A stretch of DNA of 64,000 bases from Ramazzottius varieornatus (taxonomy: Eukaryota > Animalia > Tardigrada). Below the pieces are notes generated by a model that was given only the letters and a program-made list of their open reading frames with translations, made no database searches and was not told where the DNA came from. Shown piece after piece: positions 11,058 through 23,700 of this stretch; the first letter of the stretch is position 1; each line of letters begins with the position of its first letter. A program made the position numbers and the translations under genes. The DNA lies in contig BDGG01000002.1 of assembly GCA_001949185.1 (NCBI GenBank), positions 3,097,826 to 3,161,825 of the forward strand. Reading direction: 5' to 3'.

Positions 11058-11594
11058 TAGACCTGAGGATGGTGTGGTTTCACCACACCACACTGAAAAA
11101 AACCACTCTTTTTGGTTTCGGTGTGCTTGAAACACCAAATCGAAAAATTGGTGTCCGAGTCACACCGAATTTGCCGTTTCGGTGTCTAGGAGCACCACAT
11201 CACACCAAACCGAAAAACTTTTGGTGCACCAGATTTAATGAGCTAGTCAGAGCGATGGTTTTCGTGTGCTGGTAAGGTCGTTACCAAGCCTAAAAGTTCA
11301 CTAGATAGTACGACCGTGCAAGTTTCGATGTGTTTGAAATCTTGGTATTTTTTTGAGTTTCCTACAGCGCAGGTCGATTTTTCGATGACGGATTAATGAA
11401 TTGTGAATTCGCTCTTTGAAACTTTTTTCGGTTTTTCAATTTGGTTTGGTGTGGTGCACCGAAAGAGTGGTGTCCGATCCACACCACACCGGAACAAGTG
11501 GTGTGGCTTTCGCACCGAAAAACCAGTTTCGGTGTGGAAAATCACCGAACCGAAAAACACTACACCACACTTGATCACACTTTTCTCAGGTCTA
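11058..11594. mobile_element. hAT-type MITE with CACACC/GGTGTG subterminal repeats, copy 1
   Basis: Perfect 10-bp TIR TAGACCTGAG / CTCAGGTCTA; flanks GGCGCACT (11050-11057) and GGCGCAGT (11595-11602) form an 8-bp TSD with one mismatch. Confidence 0.87.
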
Positions 11595-11780
11595 GGCGCA
11601 GTATTCGGAAAGAGCCTCTTTTCAATTGCGACTGGAACAAACTCGTGAGTCGTGACATCATGGAAAGGCGGGCTTAACTTTTCCTGATGAAATCGGAAAA
11701 ATTCGAATTACGATTTGCGAATTAATTTTCAATTTAGTTTTCGTGTTTCACTAATTTATTGACGGTCCTTCGGACAAAGA

Positions 11781-14315
11781 ATGTACACACAACGGAAGCT
11801 ACGGACTTCCAAAAGGATTGCACCTGCAGAGCCGAAGAAGAAGGAGCAAGCAGAGGACACGGACGAAGATGCAACCCTTAATCACAGCCCAAAGAAGAAG
11901 CCACGAGAAGTTCCGTCGAAGAAAACCTTTGATAAAAGCCAACCTGACGATAAGGACATTTTCAATGGCAAGACAGTCTACTTCGTACCTGTAGAGATAC
12001 CTCAAGCCCGTCGGAACTTGCTTGCTCGTCGAGTGGAGGAATTCGGAGGCAAGGTAGCAGATGAGCTTCACCTCGGTGGAAAAACCCCACTGGATTACAT
12101 CGTCGTAGATGATCGCGTTGCTCTCGATACAATCTGCCGTGCGATGGACAACAATTTCCACGATAACTTCGAAAAGATGCTCCAGTTGCTGGATAAAGCT
12201 TCGGTTGTTCGTGCTCAGTGGCTGAGCCAGTGTTTGCTGGAGAGGAAAATCGTGGATGATTCTGAAGCAAACATCAATGAATTCCTTAAAGTAATTTTTA
12301 ATATTTAATCAAATGTGACTCAATCAACATGCAGCAACTTCATTCAAATTTGACTTGCTTGATTTTGCGGGTTTTTATTGACCGGCAGACCGCACTGCGC
12401 CTGTTGCATCGGTATGGTAGTCTTGTGGTAGCTGTTGACTTGTAGTCAAACCGGTTCCTCTTTTTTGCATGCTAACGGCTGTATGATGACGTCACTGATC
12501 AATATTTTACTCCGTTCCAGAATCACATTCGGGCAATGGCGAACAAGGCTGACCAACCTTCCCGATCTCCCCTGCCGTTCTCCCCGCTTCGTGACAGTTC
12601 ACCTAGCCGCGATGAAAGCTATCATTCGGACGATGACCGCAAAAGCTACGTCTCGAACTTCTCCGACCTGGGCGACATGGAAGACCTGCATGATGTACCC
12701 GGAAGTCAGGGCGACGTCGACGCTGCGAAGCTCCAGGTATGTCCTTTCAGTGAGCTCCAGTTCTGTAAGGTACATTGTGAACAAGGTTAAATATAGTCTG
12801 TGTTGTTTGCAGAAAAGCAATTTCTTTCTTAGTCCAGCTGGAGGCTCGCGCAGTGGGACGAACCCAAACGCGCATATCATCGAACAGCTGGAAGAAATGA
12901 TGAAGACTTACCGCAATATGGGAGACGAGTTTCGCGGTTACGCTTACGCTCGAGCTATCTCGGCCATCAGGAAGTTTCCCGACCCCATACTCGGCATGGA
13001 GGTAATGCTCTCATGAACTCGAAAGACCTTGAGGGCTCGAGTAAAATTCTTGTGTTTCAGCAAATTAAACAACTGAAGAACGTCGGACCAAGAATCGCTA
13101 GTCACATCGTGGAGATCGTTGAAACCGGACATATGGAGAAGAAAGACGGCGCCGAAAGCAACGAAGCCACAAAAGCCATGAATCTCTTCGTGAACATGCA
13201 TGGAGTTGGCACGAAAACCGCACAAAAATGGGTCCAAATGGTAGGCGAGGAAGTGACATGTGGTAAGATGAATAGAACCAGATGGTTATCTCCAGTGGCG
13301 CACGTTTCCATTGTTATTGGCTGGAAGTGTGCGCCAGTTGCGAGGATCAAGTTCGACTCATTTTTCCATATCCCACTTCACAGTTTATTTCGCTTAGAGA
13401 AACTCGGGTACCACTGATGACTGTACTTTTCTTTAGGGTTACAGGACGTTGGACGACCTGAAAGAGAAAGTCAAGTTGACACCCGAGCAAGCCGTTGGTT
13501 TGAAGTACTACGACGAATTCCAGGAAAAGATGACGCGCAGAGAGGTGGAGGAGATAGTCCGGATCGTCGAAGATACGGTGGACAGCATCAGAAGTGGGTT
13601 CATCTTCAAGGTTTGTGGCAGTTACCTTCGCGGTCGAGAGATGTGCGGCGATGTGGACCTTCTCATGACGCACTCCGACGGACATTCCCATAACACTATC
13701 TTGAAACCACTCGTCGGTAAACTCCACGAAATGGGTAAACTGTTTCTTTGGTTCCTCCTTCCAGTTGAGCTCTTAATTGACTAACTTCGTTTTTTCGTCC
13801 ACAGGTTTCCTGACGGACGATCTGTGGTTAACGGAAGGTCGCCACAAGAAATACTTTGGCGTGTGCAAGCTTTTCAAGGAAGGGTCGAAGGTACGATGTT
13901 CTTTCTCCTTTTTCGAAGTACTGTCATCCTTCCGATGGTTCGCTGCTGTATAAGAATATGTTTTTGCAGCACCGACGGCTGGACATCATCATTCCGCCGT
14001 ACAATGAATGGGCCACTTGCGTACTTGGATGGAGTGGATCGATGTATTTTGTGCGGTCCATTCGAGACTACGCCCATAAAAAGGGAATGTCGCTGACTGA
14101 TTATTCGCTAAATATCAACGTAGTTCGTGTGGTGAGTTCTTATGAGCTTGACTAGCTGACTGGTCAGTCCTGCTCAGAGCATACTTTGACATTTCTCGAC
14201 GTTACAGAACGGCGAAAAAGTCAATGAAGGTATTCCACTGGAAACGCCGACAGAGGAATCCATCTTCGAAGCCTTGGGTCTTCCGTATCTTCGTCCAGAA
14301 GAACGGGACCATTGA
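11781..14315 (+). CDS. POLL: Family X DNA polymerase, Pol lambda-like (8 exons: 11781-12290, 12521-12736, 12813-13001, 13061-13240, 13437-13734, 13805-13890, 13970-14131, 14208-14315; ~582 aa)
   Basis: BRCT domain (IFNGKTVYF...GGKV...YIVV...VVRAQWLSQCL), Ser/Pro-rich linker, 8-kDa domain (NPN...YARAISAIRK), HhH GVGTKTAQKW, GLKYYDEF, VCGSYLRG...CGDVDLLMTH, KYFGVC, HRRLDI and C-terminal PEERDH. All introns are GT-AG and preserve frame. Confidence 0.95.
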
Positions 14316-14766
14316 TGTGCTCGCAATAGTTTATTTGGATGGAGTTCTGCTTTTACATCTAAATTATTTTTCCCACCTCATTGTTTTTTTCTACACGCTT
14401 TAATAACCAGCCAACGTTTTCTTGTCTTTCGACCGTTCGTTTTTAACCATGTTCAGTTGTCGTGAAGTTTTGATTCTCGAATGTCTATGTTTTTCATTGA
14501 ACTGTACAGGGAAGTTTTCGGTCTAAGCGCAAACAAAACTAGAGTTTCCGCAGAAGAAATGGGGTTCATTTGGCACCGATTTCGATTCTCATCTTGGGAA
14601 TACTAGAAACTCAAAAACATAATCTGTGAAAAGACGGGGAAGTTTCCGTCTCGAATTCGTCTACCACAATCCTCTCCGCGAGACGAAAAACAAGTCTTCC
14701 CATATCGACAACATGAAAATCAAAGAAAACGAAAACAAGTTTTTGAGATTAATAAGCATCATGCTA

Positions 14767-17700
14767 TCATGCTTTCTCTTTGTCAACTTTGGCAGGGACA
14801 GCTGCTGTGTCATTGGGAGATCCATGTCGATGGCTGCCATTGCTGCCTCGATCCGAAGAACTTCTGGAAGAAGATTTGGGATTTGATGTGGCTGAATTGG
14901 AAGAAGAGGAGGACGAGTCCTTCACTCCACTCTGAGATTCCTTCGGTCTGTGCTTCGACAAGTCCGTCGGTGCATCCTTCTCGCCATTGAGCACTTCCTT
15001 CTTACTTTCAGTGCTTTTCGAAGACTCCTCTTTGGTACCTTGACTAAGGTTGTTTCCCTTTGCCGGCGTTGGAGTCCTCCGAGAGATCTCTGATGCTGAG
15101 GACGAGGAAGTGTTCAACGGTCCGTTTGGGGCGTTCAAGGCAGCGTCCAACGCTCCCAAAGGAGGATAGCCGGGCGTTCGACTGTCTTGTGGACGCATGA
15201 ACGAAGCTAGATGGGGTGAGAAGAGTGGTGGCGGGCCAAGTGGGCCGGACGTTAGGTTCTTGTAGCGCATCAGCTCGTTCATGCGCTCACGATCCATTTG
15301 GCCCATTTGAGCAAATGGATTGGCCCGGAAGAAGTCTGCGGGTTGCATGCCCAGACCGCCCATGGAGGCTCCCCGGAAGCGTTGATACTGCTGCAACATC
15401 TCCCTGGCCGCGAGCGAGTCAGCGCCAAATGGTGATCGTAAGGGATCAAAGCCGGGCCACATGGGAGGGAAGCCCGGCATTGAGGGAAATAATGAAGATC
15501 GATCCATAGCTGATGATGTTAACTGATTGCCCAAAAAGGAAGGAAAGGGAGAGTCACCTGGAACATACAACCAATATTAGAGCATGTTCAAAAATCTCCT
15601 TAGCCTTTCAGCCAACCTTCTTTTTTTGCGATAGAAAGAGCTTGCACAATATGAGCCAATGGTATTTGCTTCCGATAGCTCATGCGTGATAGTTACCTGG
15701 GAAGGATGGAGGAAGACCGGGTGTGGGAGGAAGCAGACTAGCCGATTGCGAGTTAAAGTTAGGCAATGCCGATTTGGTGCGTTCAGGAACGGACAACGGG
15801 GTGTTTGCCACGGTCAGTGGATCGCTCCTTCTGAGATCAATAGCTTTGGAATGGGCAAAAGTGGCTGGTGAAGTGGTGGCTGATGAGCGATCAGGCACTT
15901 TGCTGCTTCGTTCAGTCGACTTCCTGCTGTCCTTATTACTTGAACTACTCTCTTTACTTGGTGTCCCATCGTGCTTCTTCTCCCTTTCACTAGAACTCCG
16001 ATTCTCCTTCGGCGACTCGCGTTTCACATCCGAGTTGGACGACCTTGACGAAGATTCCGCTGTGCGTTTCTTCTTCGAGCTGGACGACGAGGACCCACTT
16101 TCACGGTCTGTTTCGTCCAGCGACCTCTTCTCGCGTGGCACTTCAGATGGTTCGGGTTTCTTCTCTGATGAGGATGGTTCTTTCTTCTCGGGAGATGAAC
16201 TTGAAGGACCGTTCGTTTGTGGTGCTGTGGGTGAGGCGCTTGCTAGTCCGCCGAACGCCATGGGTCGTCGCCAAGAATCCGGCGAGAATGAAGCGCCCAT
16301 TGGCATGTCCCGGTTAGGCAACATGGGACCACCCGCTGCAAAGCGATGAAGGACAGGATATTGAGATGGATTACAAGTGGGGAGGGATGGTTAACTGGAA
16401 TGTTGAACGGAAGTGTCAGATCAACTTACGGAAACTTAAACCAGCCATGCCAGGGCCTCCTGTCATTCCAAAATAGGGAGGACGTATAGGCCAGGGAAGA
16501 GACTGGGAAGCGGCCAGATTACGTTGTGCGGAAGCTTGGTTTAGAAGAGCGGATGAAAGATCATTTGGTACACCAGGCCTTGATAGAAAATCTGCAAAAG
16601 AACCAATACTAGTCATGCTTTACTTTGTAAGGGGGGACGTGGGGAAACGAACTGAATCAGAGCGTTTTATTTCAGGGTAGCGCACTTTTTATTTGTTGAC
16701 TTTCAATGCGCGCCGCTTGGAACAACGATCTGGTTCTGTTTTTTCGCCCACATGCCAAATATTCTATCGGTATGGTTTTACGTACTGGGTAAAATTCCGG
16801 AAGTCGGGTTTGGTGCAGCGCCATAAGGCATCGAAGAACTTATTTTGGCGTACAGGGAAAGATCTTTGGTTTGGCCTGTCAGGCTGGAGAAGTCACCGAG
16901 CTTGAGGGATTCGGGTGAGCCTTGGCCTGAGCCTTGCTGGCTCTTCTGTTGATGATGATAGATCTCCCAGGCTATCCTCACGTGCATCGCGCACCATTTA
17001 CCCATCTTTTTCGTGCTGGTTATTTGAGCGGAAATGTTTCCGGCGAGACTCTGGGCTGCCGCAGTGGTGGCTGCTGAATTGCCCATACTGCTAGTCAGGC
17101 CGTTCATACCGGGAAAAGTCACTCCGGGAAGTCCGTTCATCTGTCAGAGGCAAAACAGATTTCCTACATTTGGCTATATTTGGCAGATTTCCTGTTTGGC
17201 TATATTATTATAGAAAAAGCGTAGAAAATTTCAGCTGTGCAGCCGAAATCATCGCACTGTAAACGATATTGGAAACCGCGAAGCAAAACTAGATCTGCCG
17301 GTACAACTTTGATCATCAAAACACTTCCTGTTTTTCTGTCTTCAGCTGAATAGTGGAATTGTAGCGCTACTTACTGCCAGACTGAAATACGTGAAAAGAT
17401 AATGTGCCTCACGTACCCCAGACATGCTCGGAGGAAATGGTGAGGGCATGGAAGAAGGCATCATCGAATGTGCGGAACCAAGACCCGCTAAAGAAAGTCC
17501 TCCGGGTCCCGACATTGCCGATGAAAACGGAGGGAAGCCGAAGAAGCCAGGAGCTCGATCAAAACCTGCGAGAGAAGCCATTGATGAGTGAGAAAAGATA
17601 TTTCATATCAGCACTATGGTCACATCCTAGTATTGAGCGGAGACTTTGCAGAAAAAGGGGTGTAAAAAGTGTCGACTGACCTGCTGCTCCCAACATGGCC

Positions 17701-20700
17701 ATCGGGTTACCCTGTAAGCCGGCCATGTTCATGCCGGGCGCCATCATGGCTGACGAGAACATGCCCCAGCGGGGCGAAGCTTGGAAGCTGGGATGCTGAC
17801 CGTAGAGACCGGCAGCCGGATGTGGTGGGAAGGGCGAAGAGGCCGCAGCGGCACCGTTGGATGAATGGAAGAGATGTGGTGATAGTGGATTTGCCGACTG
17901 AATAACAGGATTAAATCCTCTTTGCGTCGCTGACGGATTATGGTTGGGATTATCCGATCTAAGTGAAGCGAGCAAACAGTAAGCATCAGGTATACACAGT
18001 GGCTAGGCAGTACGGAGGACAGATGACAGTTATCAGCTGGAGATATGAAAACTGATTTGCATGGCTATTATGCCGGAAACAAGGGAAACCTACTTGGTTG
18101 AAACGTGACTTTCCGGCCGTGGAATATTCTCACTCTTTTCGGATCGATCTCGGTCCTTGTCCCTCTCTCTGTCTTTTTCTCTATCGCGATCCTTGTCACG
18201 ATGGCGATTACGATCCCGGTGGGATTTGTGCTCTTTGTGATGGTGGTGGTCGCGATGGGATCGATGTGGTGCCGCACTGTCGGTAGCAGTGGCAGTGGTT
18301 TCAGGAAGGTCAGAAGTGGAGGAGCTGGGGGGAAGGGAAGAACTGCCGGGTATTTGGCTCGAATCAGCAGCGGCTAGATTGGGTTCTTGGGAACTCGATG
18401 GTGAGGACCTCGCTTTCGTTTCAGACCCAGACACTGTACAAGCAACCGGGGTTAGAAAGATCGCAATTTCTATGGCATGAAAAGTTTACAAGTGACAAGA
18501 ATGCGATTCGACAACCGCCGTAAATTGAGATCGAGCAGTACGTCTTGGATTTTAATGATAAGATCAGAGACAACCCAAACCTTACGGAAGTTGTTCCGAC
18601 ATGTTCTCCATACGATATTTCCAGAGGACAAGAGTGCTTACCTGTGTCAGAGCTTGAGCTTTCGGTAAGGTCTGTCCGATTCGTGGCAGAGGTTATCCCA
18701 AAAGATCCAACTGATACACTATTCTCGGTTTTGACAATGGTAGATTCATGAGCATCGTTGGGGTTCTGTAAGGACACAGAGAAATGACTGAGGACATGTC
18801 AAAGCAATCAACAATATCGGAAACGGTTTGGGGTTACAGACAATAACATGGGATCAGGATATACGACAATCGCTAACGGATTCCACCCAGATGACTGTAT
18901 GCAAATGGCCATGAATGAATGAAATGTCGAGTGAGGTAAAGGACCAAGACAGGCATGGAAGTAGAAGGTCTCTAATTTCCTTCACATCAGTTCTGATCAG
19001 CCTTCAGAGTAAGCCAAGCAGCAAAGGATGTGCTGCTGCTGCTGATGATCAGTAATATAAGCATAGCCAGCAATTATCTTGCTTCAGCACTAGCCTTTCC
19101 TGCCTCCTTCGGCGTAAGCTAAACGCCTTATGGGACGTTCCAGAGCTCGCAGAAGAAGCTGCATGGCGAAGCCAAAGTCATTGAGACAACAAAAGGCGGC
19201 AACGTAATTCGCTGCAGCCCTACGCTCAATTGGGCGTCGATGAGTTATACTTGAACGATTTGTTGCGCCTAATAATACACAGCGTCGACAACAGTGCGCG
19301 GTGATGCGGGGAAGGGAGGGAAGGAGGGAGAGTACCGTGGGTAAGCAATATACAGTAGCGAGTCAAAATGCATTAGGCGTTCTAAAGAAACATCTGTCAC
19401 TTCAGCAGCATCGTTTTTGCCGCTTTCTGTGTTGGTAGAAAAAGTGCCCACTGATTACCGGCAATTATGCCATCAGTCAAGTCAGCACATGTGGCGCCCT
19501 CCTTTCAGCCTCTATATGGCTTCTGTTGACGTACGAAGAAGTAACATCGTTTGGTAACATAACTTCACGAGGCAATTGAGGCGAAAGGCTGCGCAAATCG
19601 ATCGTTTCAAGTACAATAAAATCGTCTGCGCGGTCACGCCATGTTTTCCCTTTATTCAAACATTGCGGACGTAAGTCTATCCCTGGCTTCACTTGCTTCC
19701 GCCCAGCAGTCTCCCCTCTGTGAAGGAGGGAGGTTTTACTCTACATCATTCTAAAAGGAACTCAGTTGATCCAATTTATCCACTCCAATCTCGCATCGAT
19801 TTTTGCCTCCGCAAACAAAAGCCGGAAAAAACCTTGCTCTCAATTTTTCCTTGACAGCTTTCACAATAAAAAAGATTCTCGATCGTCCCTTAAAAAGTAA
19901 CCCGTCACGCCAGTTCTTCAAAAATCTTCAACTTTGCTCTTACCATTCCTATAGTTCTAGTTATGGGCACCGCCTACCATACTGCCCATTTTCCACAGTG
20001 AGTTTGCAAGTGTATTGAGTTAACCGTTCTGATTTTTTGGTTCTTCTAAATAGCCGGCTTTGAAGCTAGCCGTAAAATTCTTTCGTAGCTGGATTCTAAA
20101 CCGTTAAAACAGCACGCAGAATGTCCCAAGCAATAATCTGAGGCAGGCTTCCCGCACAGCCTATAGACCAGGGATATATCGAGAGCGGATATCACATCAC
20201 ATGCCGCGACGCGATTACCAGCTTAAAAGCGCTACGGGGAGTCTCTGGCCGACACTGGTACGTCCCCGATCGATGAAAGGAGGCAGGCAGCTACGCGAAC
20301 TATTATCCTAATAGTCAAAAGGCAGACTATGGCAGAAACGGATAAATATATATAACAGAGGACAGATGAAATCCAGTAATGTCAGGCTTGATCTCCAGGC
20401 AGTATAACCAAGAGGACCAAGGGGAGCCCTACTCTGTTATCTCGTCGAGTGACAAATGATGAGAAATGATACACAGAGCCTGATGTGATCTGATGTGGTG
20501 GAGAGAGTCTGAGCCAGCGAGACCGGAGGCAGAAATGTGTATATTGCATGTTATCAAATGACACTTAACAGGAAAGACAAAATTACCGACCTCAACTGTG
20601 CCGTGAACACAAAAACCTCAAGTCACGCCACATTTCAACGGCTTGTCACGCAAGAAAGCAGCAAATGGCCACTCTGCTAATCCCCGGCTATTTTTCTTGC

Positions 20701-23700
20701 TAAACGCACCCAGGTCAAAATGGCCGCTTTTTCCTCTACTCAATATTGATAGCTTCTTCGTCACGAACAAAGCCTTCAGTCGAGGGGTTTTTTCGCTTGA
20801 AAGAACATGCGCCAATTTTTTTGCACCAATACTGTCGCGACAGATTGCAACATGGATACGTGCGGTTGGCTACACATACATAAATGCCAGTGTTGTTTAT
20901 TGATAGATTGATATGCCGCAGTTTCGGTGTCGATCATTTCCGATCAACATTCACGCCTCTCTACGCTCACAATCTACTGTATATCGATTTGTTTTGCCGA
21001 ACATTCAGGCTCTTCACTCTACGACTGGCACTGCAGCAGCCATTATAAGAGTTTAGTGGCCGATAGGACCGTGTATGTATAGCCAGTTTGTACTCTGTAT
21101 ACGCAAATAAAAAGAGGGACATAAAGACCAGACATCTAAAGCGATTAACACCGATATTTTCCCGCCCATGCTTTCCACGCCATCAACGCACCAGAAGATG
21201 TCCCCGAGGCAAAGACCAGGATTAGAGAAATCTTGTCTATGCAATATCCACATTCATCTGGACAAACACCCCTGTTCCGATCAGACAGGATTCGAACCGC
21301 CCAAGCGTATCCGACTGAACATTGTTATCACTCTCGAGGCCTTTTGACCGAGAGACCGAATGCAAATACTATATCTTTCTTGTACAAATAGTTGGTCAAA
21401 CCACTGCTGTTCTTTCTGCGATAATTCTCACAAAATCATGACAACCTACGAATCATTCGGTCAACATTTTCTCCAGCACCCCTAAAGCATCCCTGTTACC
21501 CAGTCCCGTGGCATAACGTAACTTTTACATGATTATTTCCGCTTCCTTACACGCTAGTTAGTCTTCTAAGGCTTGATGAGGCAATTGCAAGCCATAAAGG
21601 CTCATATCACAGTAAAATCGCCCAAGCTACTGTTCAATGAGTTCACTAATAATTCATGGCTTACCGGCGACCTCGGTGGAATTCCAAGCACCAACACGGA
21701 GAACCGTCAAAATGGCAACATACCACAATGGATTTTATGGTTATATGTTGCTGTTCCAAGGAAGTGAAGGAACCAAGATGCGTAAGGAGAAGTAGGGACA
21801 CGAATATGGCAGGAAGCAAAGGCAAAACAAGACAGTACAAATACGTTGGACTGAAAGAACTGTCATGTAGCAGATCAGCTACTTGGTGCGCGACAGCGGA
21901 AAGCAAATGGCGTCATGTAAAGCCGCATACCATATTCTTGAGCTGACAGGCAGGCGGTTTCAAGCAGCTCAGTACGAGAACTGATCGAGACTACGTCATG
22001 CGGAGCTGGCTATTTCAGCTTTGTATACAAGTATGTGTATGAAGCTTGAGATAGTCGAGCTGGCGAAATACCGTGAAGATAGACATGAGGCGAGACGTGC
22101 TTTTAGCTCAAGTGCAAAGCAATACGTGAACCGTCGTCTGAACAAGGAGGGTCAAAATGGTCAAAATGCAGTGCCGCCTGCCAAGCATCACCTTGCTAGC
22201 CTGGCATCAAATGCACTTGAAAACGGTACATCCTCCTACTTCATGAAGTGATTCCTGTATCTAGCAAATCGGGGCTATGGTTTGTCGAGAAATTTCATAG
22301 GACGCAAACTACGGCACGACGAAGGGTGGAAGATCGTCGATCTGCAGAAAAATTCCGTAGAACGACCATTGGAAACTGACGCTGCCCAAAACTTCCGTGG
22401 TCGTGTTCATTTGGATAATCACTGACAACAACAATGTTCAGAAAATGTTATTTTCGTTACATTTCGTTGCTGAGAAAATTGCGGGAGCCGTCGTACGTTT
22501 TTCTAAATATCAGACTGTTATGCCAAAGTTATAATCGGGCAAGACGGCGGGTCGCTGAGGACAAGAAGCCTAACACAAGGGCCTCAAGTGGCTGCTCGGC
22601 ATTACTGACGCATACGATATCTCAAGTGGTGGCACTTGGGCCAGCTCAAACTGCACTAGTTGCGATGGATGGCTCAGAAACTCGAGATGCTGCTCCAACG
22701 GCAATAGACTGAACAGACACTAGACGCTACTACAGCAAAATCAACTCTCGTCAACAATTTTCTCATCAAGTGCAGCAGCCACTTGAAAGGGGAGATTTTC
22801 CCCCGCAGTTATGCCAGCCATCCTATCCATTCTGCCCCTCTTCACCGCAGTCAGACATTGGACAAGGAGAACGGCATAAAACTACACACACACACACACA
22901 GGCCTCCATTGCCCCACTTCAATGCAAATCCACTCTGCAAATGAACACCCGTTTCAAATAAACACTTGGCCGTCCTTCAAGAGCACACTACAAACCCCCC
23001 ACTGCATCACGCGGACGCGAACTCGACTTAGCCAGCCACCATAACATGTGGCCCCACCCCCCAGCCCTGAAGTCGCGGGAGCCTTGCATTCTTCTCCTGC
23101 ATCCTTTACACCTTCACCCGTGATCCCGAGCAAAACGGAAACTTCCCACCGCAGTCTAATCTCCATCAAATTTCGCGAACCCTTTCGCAAATCACGCATT
23201 CAGTCTCTCGCCCTTGCCGCCCAAAACGAGACCGTATAGATTTTCCAACCAGCCAATATTGTCCATAGACAATCGAGTTTTATCGAAAGTCTCTCAGTGT
23301 GGTCATGACGTTGTTTGTCAAATTTGGGGATTGGTTTCTGTGGGATAGGTCTGACTGAAAGTTCTGCCTGGGTCAAGTGCGAGAACTCGCCGCGCTGACG
23401 GAGCATTCTTGCATCTGCTCATCCATGCCAGCCAATTCAAGTGGAGAAATGACTTCCTTTCTCGACAAGCACACGTACATTAAACGAGGTTTTTATGTTT
23501 TTCAAGTGGATCCACAAGTGTTGTTTGTAGCACGAGGTTGGTGGCTGGGTGGCTATAGACACCGCGTCAGCGAAAGCCGGCCTTCTAGTGCCGAACTCGC
23601 TGGCCCTCATCATCGGTACATCAAGACACATAAGGCACTATGTGCTGTTCATACACTTCACTTGAGTCCAATGAGTCGCAGTTAAATTGTCCCATCTTTG

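Noticed and set aside
11058-11594. Short reiterated motifs resembling a CRISPR-like or iteron array (also 7745-8300 and 53499-53912)
   Set aside because: No constant-length repeat and spacer pattern and no cas genes; TIRs and 8-bp TSDs explain them as hAT subterminal repeats.
12389-12411. Possible 23-nt micro-exon (AG...GT) in PolX intron 1
   Set aside because: Inclusion would shift the frame; exon 1 splices in frame directly to 12521. A poison exon cannot be excluded but has no support here.
15723-16349. 208-aa plus-strand ORF
   Set aside because: Antisense shadow of the Ser/Lys/Glu-rich AUTS2-like exon.
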